Below, piece after piece: positions 13,024 through 26,396 of a stretch of DNA of 64,000 nt. The DNA lies in contig OZ316898.1 in the NCBI GenBank assembly GCA_973895155.1, forward strand, positions 12,051,187 to 12,115,186, written 5' to 3'. Both the position numbers and the translations under genes were made by a program. This DNA is from Marsupella aquatica (lineage: Eukaryota; Plantae; Marchantiophyta). Position 1 is the stretch's first letter. Each line of letters begins with the position of its first letter. The notes under the pieces are model-generated. The model ran no database searches, was not told the DNA's origin, and saw only the letters and a program-made list of their open reading frames with translations.

Positions 13024-15254
13024 AGATGGTTTCCAAAGCTTCAGATTTCAGTCTGTTATACAAGCTTCCACCACACTGTTTGGACCGACAGATGGCATCG
13101 TCACATTTCTTTCGCAAGTGGCCATGTTGCAGTTACATTATTGGAAGCTTCCGGCACTTGTATGTTGATACTTTTTTTGCTGAACGTGGGTTATGAGTAA
13201 ACGGTGGGTATGGTATTGGGACCTGTAAGCGCAATCTTCCCGGTGATTGTATTACTTTAGAAGCTGTGTAGGTATTTGCGAACTTCATCCATTCATAGAG
13301 ATGAGGATCGATCCAGAGCATGTTAGCCATCTGGACTTGACCTTTTGGATTGAACTTGTGTATAGCTAGCAGTCTCTCGATAGAAGATGGAAGTAGTACC
13401 ATAGCCCGGTAGCCACTTCAATTGGAGCTTCTCCTAGCGGACAGGCAGCGAGGCAGAATGGTTCCGCTGTTTAAGTTCACCCCAATATGTGCCAAATTCT
13501 CATAGGAACGCGAAAGTAGTTTCATTTGTAGTTTTGTGGGGGAGGTCTTCCCCAAGTTTCTACCCGAAATGGAAGGTGATTTCCTGTAAATTTGGCATAG
13601 ACCTAGGCATGATGAGAAGGAATGGTATCTGGATTTGAGACCTTCAACTGGCGATTGTGCATGGGAGATGGTGCAGGAGAGCTCATGTGGGAAAATGACT
13701 TGATGGGACATGTCACGAAAGAGATTGTTTCGGAGATGTGTTTTGGGCCATTTGTGGGACTGGTTGGGGACGAGCTATATTCGGAAGATTGTGTCAGGCA
13801 GAGGCCATCAAGCCACAGAGAAATTGCGAATGATTAGTTCGGGGGGAGGATGTCATGTCTGCAGAAGTTTTTTTAATGGATTAGTTGGCAGAAACGTGGG
13901 GAGGAGATCATGTAGGCACGGATGTCGTTTTGGAGAGAGCTCGTGAAGGACTCAAACATGAGCAAAAAGGAGAAGATTCTAGTAGGATGTTTTGACAGTA
14001 ACAGGTGTCAGATTGCGAATATACTCTCTTTAGCGCAAACAGGGTAATAGATATTGACATTTTCAGATAGTGTGCAACGTCGAAGGCACATGTGTCCTTG
14101 CTACTAATCAGGGCTAATCGAGGCTTGACCTCGACTAAAGCTCAGGAAGAACATTATTTCCTGTCAAAATTATGGTCCATCTCGCTTACTCTTTACAATT
14201 ATCGGTTAGTTTTGTAAAGCCCTTCAAAGAATTTCACTTTAATAATGGACCTTCCAGATTTTTGTTGTTTTGACATGCGTGAAAATGAGTAGCCGGCCCT
14301 GTTAACGGGTTTTGCGAAAGAACACCGTTCTGAAATACTCTGCCTACGTAGCCTACTCACTGCCATTTCATTGAAGCTCAGGCCACGAAGGATGCCAGCC
14401 TTGTGACCGAGGATTAAGAGGTTGTCTGCCCTCGAATAGTTCGTCTTGTTTGCTAGACAACTCTGACTTTGCTTTGTAAGATTGAACCTTGGTACAATGA
14501 GTTTCGGGTTTTCTGCATAGATTTTCTTCTTTTTTAGATAGCCCAGCGATGCACAAAGGTTGAAACTACGGTACAAGGGACTGTCAGTGTTCCGTCATGT
14601 GGAAAACTAAGACCTCGACACATGTGCTTGCACAAAAGTGAACTTGGGTTTTTAAGTTATTCTCGCAGACTGAAAAACCTCCTGGAGAGGGAAACTTGCT
14701 TCACCCAGATTACACCAAGTCCAATCGGTCACCTACACTGAAATGGAATGAGAGGGAATGTTGGAAGCCATATAGAAGTATTGTCTGGAATTCACTGTCT
14801 CTATGGGTTGTCACTTTCAAACGAAAGCCATCAGATCCATGAATGGTTGATCTTTACAGTGCACAACCCTCTTGTGACATGTAGTACGTTGTCTTGACGC
14901 CCGTCACATTAGTGCACAATTGACGTTTACTTCCAATGCAACAAAGCGCCCCGATTTGATGAGGTGTATTGTTGGAGTCACTCATCCACAAACCTAACTC
15001 TAAATCCAAGCTCAGCACGATAAGTACACTAAATCTCCTTGCTGAGAACTGCCCACGTTTTCCCATAGCTGTAGTGTAGTGCCTGTCGACGAATCTTCTG
15101 CTTGCTGCAATTTAAAGATTTTCACGTCACTCCCTAAATCCACTTGCCAGGCACATGACTCGCACCTTCTCAAATTCGGCTAATTCAATTCATATCCCAG
15201 CCTAATGAACAAAAGCAAGACTAGCTTCAAGGTCAGACAGTACAGCAATTCTCC

Positions 15255-16016
15255 TTACTTCGCCAGAGACTTCATTTTGTCAGCTGCTACTCCCTTTCTC
15301 GAAATGCCCTGCTTACCCTTGATGCAAACATAAACATAATGCAGGTCTGGATCTTCGAGGGCAAATCGTGACCCAATAGTACCATCCTCGTTCACGAAGA
15401 CAGGATCTGTAACAACTTTTGAAGAACCCTCTGCTGCTCGGTTCGAACCTGGTCTCGGAATAACATGTAGAACAATGCTCAAATTCTCTGCCTGAATCGA
15501 GGGACCTTTCAAATGTGGCAGACGGACTCGAGGATCACCATACGTTACAAGCATATATGTACCTCCAGGCTTCAAGACTCGGAAGACCTCCTCCAGCATC
15601 TTTGCAGCACTGAACGTCGCGTTTGCTCCGCACATCAGGGAATCGAACGTGCCTTTGTCGATGATAGCATCGAACGAGGCGTCCTGGAACACCTTCATGT
15701 CCCGCACGTCAACTCGCAGGTAAGTGAGTTCAGTAACATCTCTGTATTTCTTTTGCATTTCGTCGATGACGACATTCGAGATGTCCACATTCACAATATC
15801 TTGATAGCCGTCATTCACCATGTCCTCGGACATCACGGCATTGCCGCAGCCAACCATCAATACTCGACTCGTCTTCATCACATACTTGTTCACCAGCGGA
15901 GATAATCCCGAATATCGTTGGTACCAATCGAACGACCCGGCATCGTTACTGTATCGATTGTCCCAGTACTCCTCATCTCCATACGCCTGAGGATGGTGAC
16001 TCTTCCCTTTCGTCAT
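15255..16016 (-). CDS. Class I SAM-dependent methyltransferase, EEF1AKMT4/METTL13 N-terminal-like, single coding exon, 253 aa
   Basis: YGDEEYWDNRY...FDWY, motif I VLMVGCGN, VDIS, FDAIIDKGTFDSLMCG, RVLKPGG..LVTYG. First ATG at 16016. Confidence 0.9.
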   Translation of the reverse strand: MTKGKSHHPQAYGDEEYWDNRYSNDAGSFDWYQRYSGLSPLVNKYVMKTSRVLMVGCGNAVMSEDMVNDGYQDIVNVDISNVVIDEMQKKYRDVTELTYLRVDVRDMKVFQDASFDAIIDKGTFDSLMCGANATFSAAKMLEEVFRVLKPGGTYMLVTYGDPRVRLPHLKGPSIQAENLSIVLHVIPRPGSNRAAEGSSKVVTDPVFVNEDGTIGSRFALEDPDLHYVYVCIKGKQGISRKGVAADKMKSLAK

Positions 16017-19000
16017 GTCGGCTTGCAGAATCAACAACAAACCCTACTCCCGGATCATAGCATGTCCTAGGTTGATTACGTCCTCAAGCCCAGCGCCATC
16101 GGACTAGCGCGCTACTCAGAAGATCAGTATCATCTACTTTTACTCCCTGCGACCTGCGTGTTATCGGTTGACCAAAGTTGACTATAGACATCGGACTTCG
16201 GACCTCTGCCTTTCAGCGGAACCGGCACGAGTGCGACACCCTTGCCGATCCGAATCCGTGAACGGTTGCCTCTTGAGACAATCCGAAGAAGCATGACAAT
16301 CTGCACACTCACACAGACACCCACCCACCTCCTTCGCTCGCAATCTGCGTTTGAACAAGAACCAAACGTGTTTGTTTCTCTCCAGAAAGAGTGGATGATT
16401 ATGATTGTTTTTATTTCGAGGTTTGTGCGTTCCGGAAACACCGGAGCATGACCGGGAAATGACGCCTTGTTTCGGCCCGTGATGCAGTGTAATCTTTAAG
16501 GTTTTTCCTTAGGCGAATGGAAGCTGTGTGTGAAGGAGAAGATGCTGGGAATTATTTTTATTTTTATCTGAAATTCACACATTATTTTATGACCCTTAGA
16601 TCTCCCTAGATATGACAGCTAGATTCTGGTTGAGGGGGCCTGTGACTAGGTGGGAAACTAGTGAATGGGACATAGAAAAAAGCTGATTTTTGCCAAAAGT
16701 GAGAAAGTCTTTTGGAGAGGTGGCATCTAGCAAAAACTTGCCACTAAAAAAAGGGCTGCCCTGATGAGCTGGTGACGGTGCCCCATCATAGCTACAATGG
16801 CCATCAGAGGTACTGCCATCACCCACAGTTGGCAGTCGTGGCTTCAAACTCTAAACAAAGTCAGTTTACCCTCATAGACATACATTGAGACAATAGGGAG
16901 TGTCCAAGCAGGGGCGCTAACCAAGGACATAAAGGGTTTTTATGGCCGGGAAAAAAATACTATGGGCTACCTAAATAAGTGCCCATAAGGAGGGTAGGTA
17001 CAAAACCTTTCGACCATAAGACTACATTGCCACAAGACGCCCCTAGAATGGATTCCTGGAATGTCATTTATCGCATTGTCAGGACATCTGAGCCCCTTGC
17101 CCACTGGTTGTTGCCCAAATTGTGCACAAATGATATCAAGAGCAATACGAGGAATAGGAGCTCTATTTGTACAGCAGGCTATGGGTGTTGTGGTAGACCA
17201 TCTGCTTGAGGACCCGGAGGTGCCCTTGAGGCAAAGTTCTTTTTACCCAAAAGTTCTTTTTACACAAACCTCACCCAAAAGTGGAGTTCAGAAGAAGCTC
17301 CTTGCACTTAGACAAAAAAAGGTAATCTTGAGTTTTTGTGGGCAACAGAGGGGCAGCAGACAGTCCAATGCAATAAATGACTCTCCATGGAGTGACTCGA
17401 ATTGTTGAGTAGATGTACAGCGACCACCTGCAAATGGCAACCATGGCTTTGAAGGCTGAACAAGGTCATTGCAGTTATAACCGTCAGAATTACTGCTATC
17501 GCCCACTTTTGGCGGCCAGGGATCTGAAGTCTGCTCAAGGCCATCACAGCTATGTATAAGATAACAACAGTCGGGGCAGGAGGTTACTAGGCTGTAAACC
17601 TGTGACAAGAAAATGACTAGTTGGGAAGCTTTACCGAGCATTTTGGGAGGAGGGTTCAGACCATCCTTATATTACATAATTGCAGCATAGGAAAAAATTA
17701 CCAATCACTAGCTCCCGAGCAGTAGATTATGGAAATAGCAAGGACCTCCAGAAAATAGTGCTCAATTGCGACCACAAGTACCATCATATTTCGGCCATCA
17801 CTCACAGTTGGTGTGTGACCTGGAAGTCTGAACAAGGCCGTTGCAGATAGCACCATTGTCAAAGGTACAGCCATCACCACCATTGGCATCCATGGCTTTG
17901 AAGTCTGAACAAGGAAGAGCAACTCCCTCTGTTCTAGCACGGGACCCATGCTTGATCACACATGCTCTTAGTAGCCAACTTAAACCTGTTCACCAGTGCT
18001 TGACTAATTCAATAGTGGAGCCCATGGTTAACTCGAGCTTTAGTGGATGCAACTTTGTTAGTTGCACTGTTATGTGTGAGTTTGAGCAGGTCACTTGCTA
18101 GGAGTGACCCATTGACCCCATCACATGTCATGTGCCAAGGATGAGGGTATTCCATTCTTCATTCTTTCAAGTTGAGCCTTCCCAAACTGGAAGTCTTGTT
18201 GAGTTTGACTATGGTGTCATGAGAGTGAAGTAATGCCCGTTGATAAGTAGAGTGTATTAGGCAGGGTTTGTTATGTCTATAGACCCTCAGTCTTGCATGG
18301 TTAATTTTACTCGACTGACAATGCATCTCGACTGATCCATTTATATGAAATTTTGGTGAATTCTTACATACATTCTGTCATGTGTAATGTAATTGTTGTC
18401 TACTTTTTTTACATGGTGTGCAATGATGTGAATAGTGTGTGTTTTTGTAATTGGTGATTGTTTGGCTAATTGTGAAACCCGTGTTGAGCTAGTTTTTTGA
18501 CAATGGCCTCATGATCAACTTTAACATTAGTCTTTGCCCAGTTAGCTTAAGCCACTAAGTTTAGAATGGGTCCATGTCATGGCTAAAGATAGAAGAGGTG
18601 TGGAGCACCATGACCAACGTCTTATTGAAGCTACCAGCTCACTTAGAATCAATTTCAACTATTGCAGGAAGGACATCTATTGCGCTGCTCTGCCCTCCAT
18701 CTGACAGTAATATCAAAAACTCAAAATAAGAGGGATTACCAGGGACACACAACTGGCTTTAATAGATCTCATTCCTTTGGTACAAACGCTGCTGAGGTGG
18801 ACGAGGGACAGCTGGTTTTCATGGAGTTCATCACATTTCTGAGCTTCCTTCGTGCAGTTCAGGGCCACTAGCCACTAACCAACGATTTAGCATCCTCATT
18901 AATTTCGGCTGGTTTCCCCCCAGTTTGCTCATACAATGGATCCCACCGAGGTCAAAACCTTGGCATTATTTCCAGTGAGATGTTAAAACACCAGGGAGAC

Positions 19001-19514
19001 GAAATCCGCTCATACGATGGGTGACCAAATGGCAGAATGTAGAACAGGCAGAGTTTGCAGTACCCAGAGAGATTGCTGGTGTCTATAGTCAATCACAGTT
19101 GTCATATGCGTCACAATCTTTCCATGAGATGTTGAAACAAGGAGTAGAAATTGCACATGCCACAGAACCACAGAGGTGATATTGACCTTCAAAACCTTGA
19201 TCAATTTCTTTGAATTGGATTTGAAAAGCCATGCTCCAAATGACCTTAGCAAACTTCTCTCGAACAGCCCCCACATGGAAAATTGACTCTAACTTGCGGA
19301 AACTTTACAACGTCAGGCGCATGCCATTGATTTCAAATCAAACCAAATCCGCTAGCTAAGCAGGGTCCAAGAAACGTCCCACCCGTTCATGTTGCGCACA
19401 CGATGTTACGGAGTACCCATACAAAGCATGTATGATGATCTCAGTGAGGCTGATGCTCTTGAATTTAGCCAGGAGTGGCTTCGCTTTCATTATAGCTTCT
19501 ATCATCATTCGATG

Positions 19515-22500
19515 TCATCTTTCGAGAATGCGAAGCTCTGCCATTCCTTCTTGTCTGGTAGGAGAGTACCAGACCACAATCTTAGCTGCCCCTAGTTTCT
19601 CCAGGGAACAGTCAACGCCATAGGTCACATCTTGGAGATTTGATGGCAAAGTGTTTATATTTGTAGAGTCCAATGTGAACCTGGAATCGACGCGACCACA
19701 GACTGGACCCACCAGCTGAATAATTGACATATCCCACTGTCAGTAATATGATGTAACAAGTATAAACTCTACATGCAGGCTATTAGCAATCCATCACACA
19801 CGGTACCTCCTGGTAAAGAACCAGACGTTACTCGAGCATTATTGCACAATTACTGATTTTCAACATTATGTTGTTCCTTTCGATCACAAACTAGAGGCTG
19901 AATTCTCAACAAGAACAAGTGTGCACCAACTCTCGTCCCCGTACATAACAGCCAGCTTGCCAGTGACATACTTAGCCATTGTTTCTCAACCTAGATAACA
20001 GAGAGACAAATGGCTGACTTTGCGAGGTCAAACACCTCTAAAGAGCCATACAATGTCAATTCTTCAGTTGATGAAAGAGGATGACCCATATTAACTTCGA
20101 GGCAAGGGGAGCGGGAGGGAACATCACCTGTTGTTGAAAACTTAGAGAAAGAGTGGGGAGCCCATTGTCGACCCTAGGATTGAGAGTATCAGAATGAGGC
20201 GATTCTGAATGCCTGGTGACAGCCTTGAGGGAAGACGCTGCCCCAACGTCCAATCGCACACCGACTTTGGTATGATCTAGTAGTAGCCTTTCAAAGTGAC
20301 CAAATTGTGCAGTTATCCCGACAGAAGTAAAGAGATCGGCTGAAATTAGACCATGTGCCTGTCCCCAAATGGCAGATGCTCTGGACCTCACAGATATTGG
20401 AGACACTTCTGAATTCACTCGTTCAGTATCTCGAGGTGGCGATTCACTTCCTGAGTGCAGCTGTGCAAACAACAGACCACCTGCCAGACAACGCACCCCT
20501 TTAGCTTGATTGAAAGAGGTGAAATGACATTAACCTCCTTCACAAAGCATTGGGCAAAACGTCCTTATAGATCATACTAGTGCACAATTATCTACTAGTG
20601 CTGTTTCTAATGATCACGTCTGTCTCTTTGATGCCTACACGCAGATTAAGTTCCTCAACAATATAGACGACACTGCTCACCGGCGATTCCTGAAAGGGTG
20701 ACATGTGGATGAGCTGCAAGTACGTTGTAAGGCCTTTTTTCCTTATGCTTCTTGTTCGATTTCTTCCACAGCTGCACGTCTTTCTCCAAAGAGAAGGCAC
20801 CTTGAGCTCGAACTCCAGGTCTTGCCCCCACTGGCACCTCCCCCAAAGTGGTGCTATCATCTTTTGGACATTCAACAGGGTCACCTGAACTATGATGCAA
20901 GCCCACTCTATACCGTAACCCACCTCTTTTTGGTCCAACAGAAGCAAGATCTAAAGTAGTAACTTGTGGCACCTCCCAGTATCGCGCTTCTCTGTCAACA
21001 AAATGCCCGCGACATGCTGATTCCAATATCCAATCATGATCTGGCGCCTGCAGTATATAGGTAGTGGTTAGATGACGCCCTGACTCACTTCTGTCCTCTT
21101 AAAGTACGACGAAAAGCTTGAAAGATACAAACACGAGCGACAGTAACATAAATTCTCTGCACGAATAAGAGCATAACACATACAGGAAGTGCACCACACC
21201 AAAGCAAGAATGACGACAGTATCAAAGATCACACTTCACTAAACAAAAACTCTGGCTGAGGAGATTACCAGACCTACCGATTGATGTTTAAATACTTAGG
21301 ATTACTTAGGATTTCCCCGATAACATGTGCATTAACAAACAAACGCAGCAGAAGAAAGATAGGAGGGAAATGACATGCAGCCGCTGGTATTGTCTGATCA
21401 CCTTGTGACGAAGAGTGACACGCCCATGCCAAGGATTTTGTAGACCCCGCCTTTCTGACTCATTTGTGTTTGACAACAAGTTCGTCACTGAGTCAACCTC
21501 GGAGCTTGCATTCAAGGAGGTATGCGACCCTAGCTGAAACTGTGATTGCATGGACATTGCATACAAAGAAGAATTCAGCAAGCGCTGTCCTACATGCCAC
21601 CATTTTTCATCCTCAACCTCAGATGTCTGCTGAAGAGCTTCCTGTCGACGCTCTCGACGTTGCTTCTCAAGGAACCAGAACTGCTGTGCACGAACACGGC
21701 CTGTTATTGTAGTCCACCTACAGCCAGGGAACCCCCCGTTAAAAACACAAGTCCTTCAAATTGTATACACTGGTATCAGACAGCCACCACAAGGCTGCAT
21801 AGAAGAATGGTATGAAATTGTTGCCAGCCAGTAAGCCCTTGCGTTAAAAACGAGGCTATCCAAGGCATGCTGTTATTCTGCGGAGGTCATGGATTGGCTT
21901 CAGAGGGGTCCGAATTCCAAATCTGAATGCCAATGAGTCTACAGCCGCACGGCAAGAAAGTGATTGCCCAGAAAAACGCTACTGTCCATAGCACCAATTG
22001 TTCGCAGCCGTTCGATACTTGATGTCCACTCTGGTTTCATTACCCCACAGCAGCGAGGGACAAGAGAATGCAATACGGGCTGGTGACCAGCGAGAAACCC
22101 GTAGAAACCAAAGCTACAAGTTGACAAAGAGATAGCAGGAATACATGAATGAATGGCTTTGTCCGATGGATGTGTTACATAACGCAAAGCATCGTCTGAG
22201 ACATATGAGTAAGATTTGTGTTCCACGGAGCTACATCGGGCAAAAATGAGAAGAGGGAGACAAAGGCGCACCAATTCGATCCGCCGGCACTAGCAATGAC
22301 GCGGTCGAGAACAACACCCCCGCAGTTTCTATTGGATGCACTGGGGGGCTCCACAGAGGGCGTGAAGGGCACACGAAAGAGCCTTTGAAGCAGGAGTAGC
22401 TGTTGAGAGCGCACCAACTTGCTCCCACGAACTAACCCCAGCGCTGGTGGTTCATGCGGCACGGAATACACCAGCGCATCCAAAGACCTCGTCGATTCGA

Positions 22501-22549
22501 CCTCTTCGTTCCAGAACTTCGCTGCAAGCACCGCCCTCATTGGCTCCAT
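19515..22549 (-). CDS. TGD4: TRIGALACTOSYLDIACYLGLYCEROL 4-like plastid outer-envelope lipid transfer protein; exons 22549-22272, 21717-21402, 21047-20681, 20498-20128, 19715-19515 (~510 aa)
   Basis: N-terminus FWNEEVESTRSLDA...PHEPPALGLVRGSKLVRSQQL, then SLYAM, FVDREARYWEVP..TLDLAS, GQFGHF-like LLLDHTK, and C-terminal AKIVVWYSP..EGMAELRILE. All junctions are GT-AG and the joined length is divisible by 3. Confidence 0.88.
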
Positions 22550-23884
22550 CGCCCTCCCTCCCCAGTCACAAGACCTAATTCTCTAACAATCAATCAATCA
22601 ACTTCGAGATCACGAAGCTATCCTGCCACCACTAGCTGTTGCCCTCCCGCAAAAAATTCCACCTCCTGATATCCGCCACCCTAATGAAGCGTCAGTCCGA
22701 AACCCCCCTCAGACAAATTCATCGTCTCTAAATCATCTTCAATCAACTAACGTCGGCCCCGCCGCATTGTCGAATGGTTCCATTCCACTGTCCGTCTAGC
22801 CATGCATACAATTCGAAGCGGACAGCGCGCCTTAGAGGATTAAACAATAAACCCTCAAAGCCCTGCAGTATTGCTTCTAGTCATCATATCCATGCAGGCA
22901 CAAAATGCCGCAAGAGTTGGCAGTTGCTCTTCTGTGGCCAACCTTCGCCCAGCCGGGCCAACCAGTCTTCGCACCAATCCACCTACCAGCCCTACCCAGC
23001 TATGGTTGTCATTTGCCCTTCCGACTTCTCATTCATCCCATCCCGTCCCAGGCTATCGATAACGAGACTCACCGAATCGTCCTCCTCGAATCCAATGTAC
23101 GTAACAAAGTCACGAGGACAAATCCGACTTCTTGAACACCGAGTTTCTTGCCGGGCGTGCAATAGTAGAGGTCGCTACACTGAACACGAAGAACACAGCA
23201 AGTGCAAATGATATCTCTGTGCGATCTCGTGTTCAAAGTGTGAAAGCAGGGGCTGGCTTTTCGGGAGGCTCCATAAAATCTTCGACTGCTTATAGTACTT
23301 GCTGGTGAGTGATATCCAGTGTCTTGAAGTGAGCTCACTCTACCAATCTGCACCGTGGGTCCCACTTTCCGAAGGCGAACTTTTTTTTGGCTTTCGGGAA
23401 ACTGAACTTTAGTCGGAGCATTCCGAACAGTTTCGCGGAAAGTACGCAGAATATACGCAAGAGTGACCCCCTAATTCCCAAAGTGGGAAGCTTGCTTCCC
23501 GTTCAGTCTCCTCCTTCTCGTCCACCCTACTAGTGCAGTTGCGAAGCAACGTCGTGCGCCCTGGCAAATTGATGAAGTGATGGTGAGTCCTACTGCACTT
23601 CTTCTCAACCCCTTGGACGGACAAAAAGCGAGAGGCCGGAGAAACGTTTGCAAGAACTGCTCGAGACAGTAGTCCGGTCCACACGAGGTCAAACGCGGGC
23701 GTGAGGAAGCAGGCCGATCGCCGGAGCGACACGAATAGAGACGGCGAGACAGATTGGCACCTAACGGAGGATTATCTGAGGGAAAGAGTGAAAGACAGAA
23801 ACCTGGCGTGGTAAGGATTGTTTGAGAGGGAGATAAATACCTGGCTGAGTTTTTTGAGAGCAGGACATCAGAAGAGAATTACAA

Positions 23885-25289
23885 ATGTCGGAGAGGCCAC
23901 ATGTGCGATACTCGAGGGTGTCGTCCCGAGAGGATGACTTGAGGGATCGCGAGATTCCTGACAAGAGCTTCAGCGCCCGTTCTCATGATCTCCGATACGA
24001 ATTTAACGTGCGGGAGACCGTGCCGTGGAAGTCAATCTTCCTGGCGCTCTTCCTTTTGGCATTTGGCACTGTTTTTCTCATAATATCTCACTTCATGTTC
24101 ACGGAGCACATGGGGGGCGACTCGTCGCAGGCATACGGGTTTCTTGTTCTCGGCATTCTTGTCTTTCTCCCTGGTACGACCTACTCTTCCTCTTCTTCTT
24201 GTCTTACTTTGTGCCACAATGTGTTCCGTTCCTTCCTTGGCACTGTTTGGGATCGTCTGATATCAAAGTACAGTTTCTCTGTTCAGAATATTGTCCCCTT
24301 CGACACTTATCCTCTTACAAATTGCTCCCTGTTCTCAGTCCTGCGCGGTCTTCCGGTGTGAAGATCCAAATTCTGCTTCTTTTCCCCGTAGCAGATGTGC
24401 ACGTTAGTCGAAACCTTGTGTTTGATTTACTTAGCTGTCGTCAGTTGCGTTGCTGGCCTAGCCTGGCTTTGGGATACCTCTCGTTTTGAGAGCCCATGCC
24501 TCACACATGTCTTCCCTTAGTGTTCTCGCTGCAATTATGGCCAATCTCACCGTTCAGAGTCTTCTCTTGACCCTCTTCCTCGGAAACAAATGGTGATTTG
24601 CATTGCGAAGAGACTCCGACTTTGGCAATGTACATTTAGGTATACTATTACTAATCCAGACATCGACAGCCATATTCCCAAGTGTCCTTGCTTTCTATAA
24701 CTGATGCCAATCGCCAAGTTTTGATGTCTTCACAAAGGTTTTCTTGCTGCTTACTGCTGTACATGGGGTCTTCCACAACAGCCTGTATGGGCAAAACTTC
24801 AAGATCTCAGCTTCTGGCTGCACATTCCCCGAGGACAGCATTCCAATCTTAGGATTTTGAGCTTGAATGCCAAACTTTGAACCCTGAAATTTGGGGCCTG
24901 AAGCTTTAAAATCACAGAGTTGAATGCGGTCTGTAGTTGCACATCTAGCCTGCAACTACAGAAAAATGGAAGGGTTCCACCGAGAAAATCAATTACCTGG
25001 ATAGGAGTTGACAGCTTGTCAATGCAAAAGTCCTAGGCTAGAGGGGTTTCTGTATGACTGAAGAAATGAACGATGAAATGTTGGTCTTGCCAGAGAGGGA
25101 AGAGTCTCAATCTTGATAGCCAGTTCCCCTTCTGATTCAGACACTAGAACAAGACGTACGGAGGAAATGGTAGAAGTTGATGCATAAAATGATGTGTGGA
25201 GGCACGCAGGTTTCTATGAGACCCGGATGGCGTACTACTCATGGAGGGGAGCGAAAGGATACTCGTGGTCAAATATACCTGCGTACTAG
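23885..25289 (+). CDS. TMEM230/DUF872 family small two-pass membrane protein; exons 23885-24173 and 25210-25289, 122 aa
   Basis: PWKSIFLALFLLAFG...GILVFLPG|FYETRMAYYSWRGAKGYSWSNIPAY*, the typical family signature, joined across a phase-1 GT-AG intron. Confidence 0.9.
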
Positions 25290-25730
25290 TGTTCACTTCT
25301 GGAAGACGTCCACCAGCTGCTGAATCTAAGACGTAATGTTGTACAATTCGACAGAAAGTTGCGGCACACTCTACTGAAGTGCTAAGTGCAGGACGAGTAT
25401 TACGCGATTCTTTGTGCAAGAGCTCCATGTGTTCGATCTCTTATTTGTATGTGAAGACTTTTCGGATAGAATTGGACGAATCTCCATGAAATAGTCAAGC
25501 TCGACAGAAAGTGGCGAAGACTGCCCTGTTAGACCACCTCGACATCTTTCTTCTGGTTGTTTTCAAAACATGAATGTCGGGGAGGCCAGGAATTTAGAAG
25601 CGTGTCCATGTTCTTTCCTTATTCCAATTACTCTACACGGACCCGCTGAAGAATCGGGGGATCCTAAAGGTGGTTCATCAGCCCATTTTCTCCCTGTATC
25701 GTACTTAAAATGACCTCGATGTGATGTCTT

Positions 25731-26097
25731 TGAAGGAGCCAAGGAAGGTATTGGGATTTGTGTTAGATTTTATTGAAGCGATCCTTTGTACATGAGGATA
25801 GTTAGGTCCACCAAGTTTTTCTTTTGTCAATTGCTGAAATCAATGTTGTGCAAATGGAATGAAATGGTGCATCCGCAAATTCGCATGTGCGGCCAGCACT
25901 GCTCATTTCTTGAAGGAGCCGAGAAAGGCAATGGGGATTTGTGTTAGATTTATTTCAAGGGATCACTTTTACGTAAGGAAAGTGAGGTCCTGAAAGGCAT
26001 CTCGCCTAGGTTTTGTTATTGTCAATTTCTGAAATCACTATCATGCAAATGGAATGCAGTGGTGCATCCACAAATTCGCATGTGCGGCCGGCACTGC
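25731..26097 (+). repeat. Diverged ~180-bp tandem duplication between convergent genes
   Basis: tgaaggagcc...gggatttgtgttagattt...gtcaatt.ctgaaatca...gcaaatggaatg...ggtgcatcc.caaattcgcatgtgcggcc.gcactgc occurs twice (from ~25731 and ~25911). Confidence 0.85.
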
Positions 26098-26396
26098 CAC
26101 ATGAGTTATCAATGTGGCAAATGTCTACAAAAGTCATCAATCATATGTCCCGAAAATGCTGGCTGTCGGATTAGTATGACAATCTCAAAGGTTTATCAGG
26201 CACATATCCCTTGCAGTTCAGTTCGTTGGTAGTCAATTTCGGCACATTACACTAGATGGCACTATACATGGTGATGTCTCGGGTGGCTTCTACAAGAATA
26301 CATGCCGAAAAAACCAAGTAATTGTAAATGGTACAAAATATTGACAACAGTTTCGGAGCAAATATACTGCTAACTACGAGGAAATTGGCTCTGGTG

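Noticed and set aside
16590-18650. Coding-like, CpG-poor tract between the methyltransferase and TGD4, possibly a decayed transposon
   Set aside because: Stops in all frames, with no recognisable motif, TIR or TSD.
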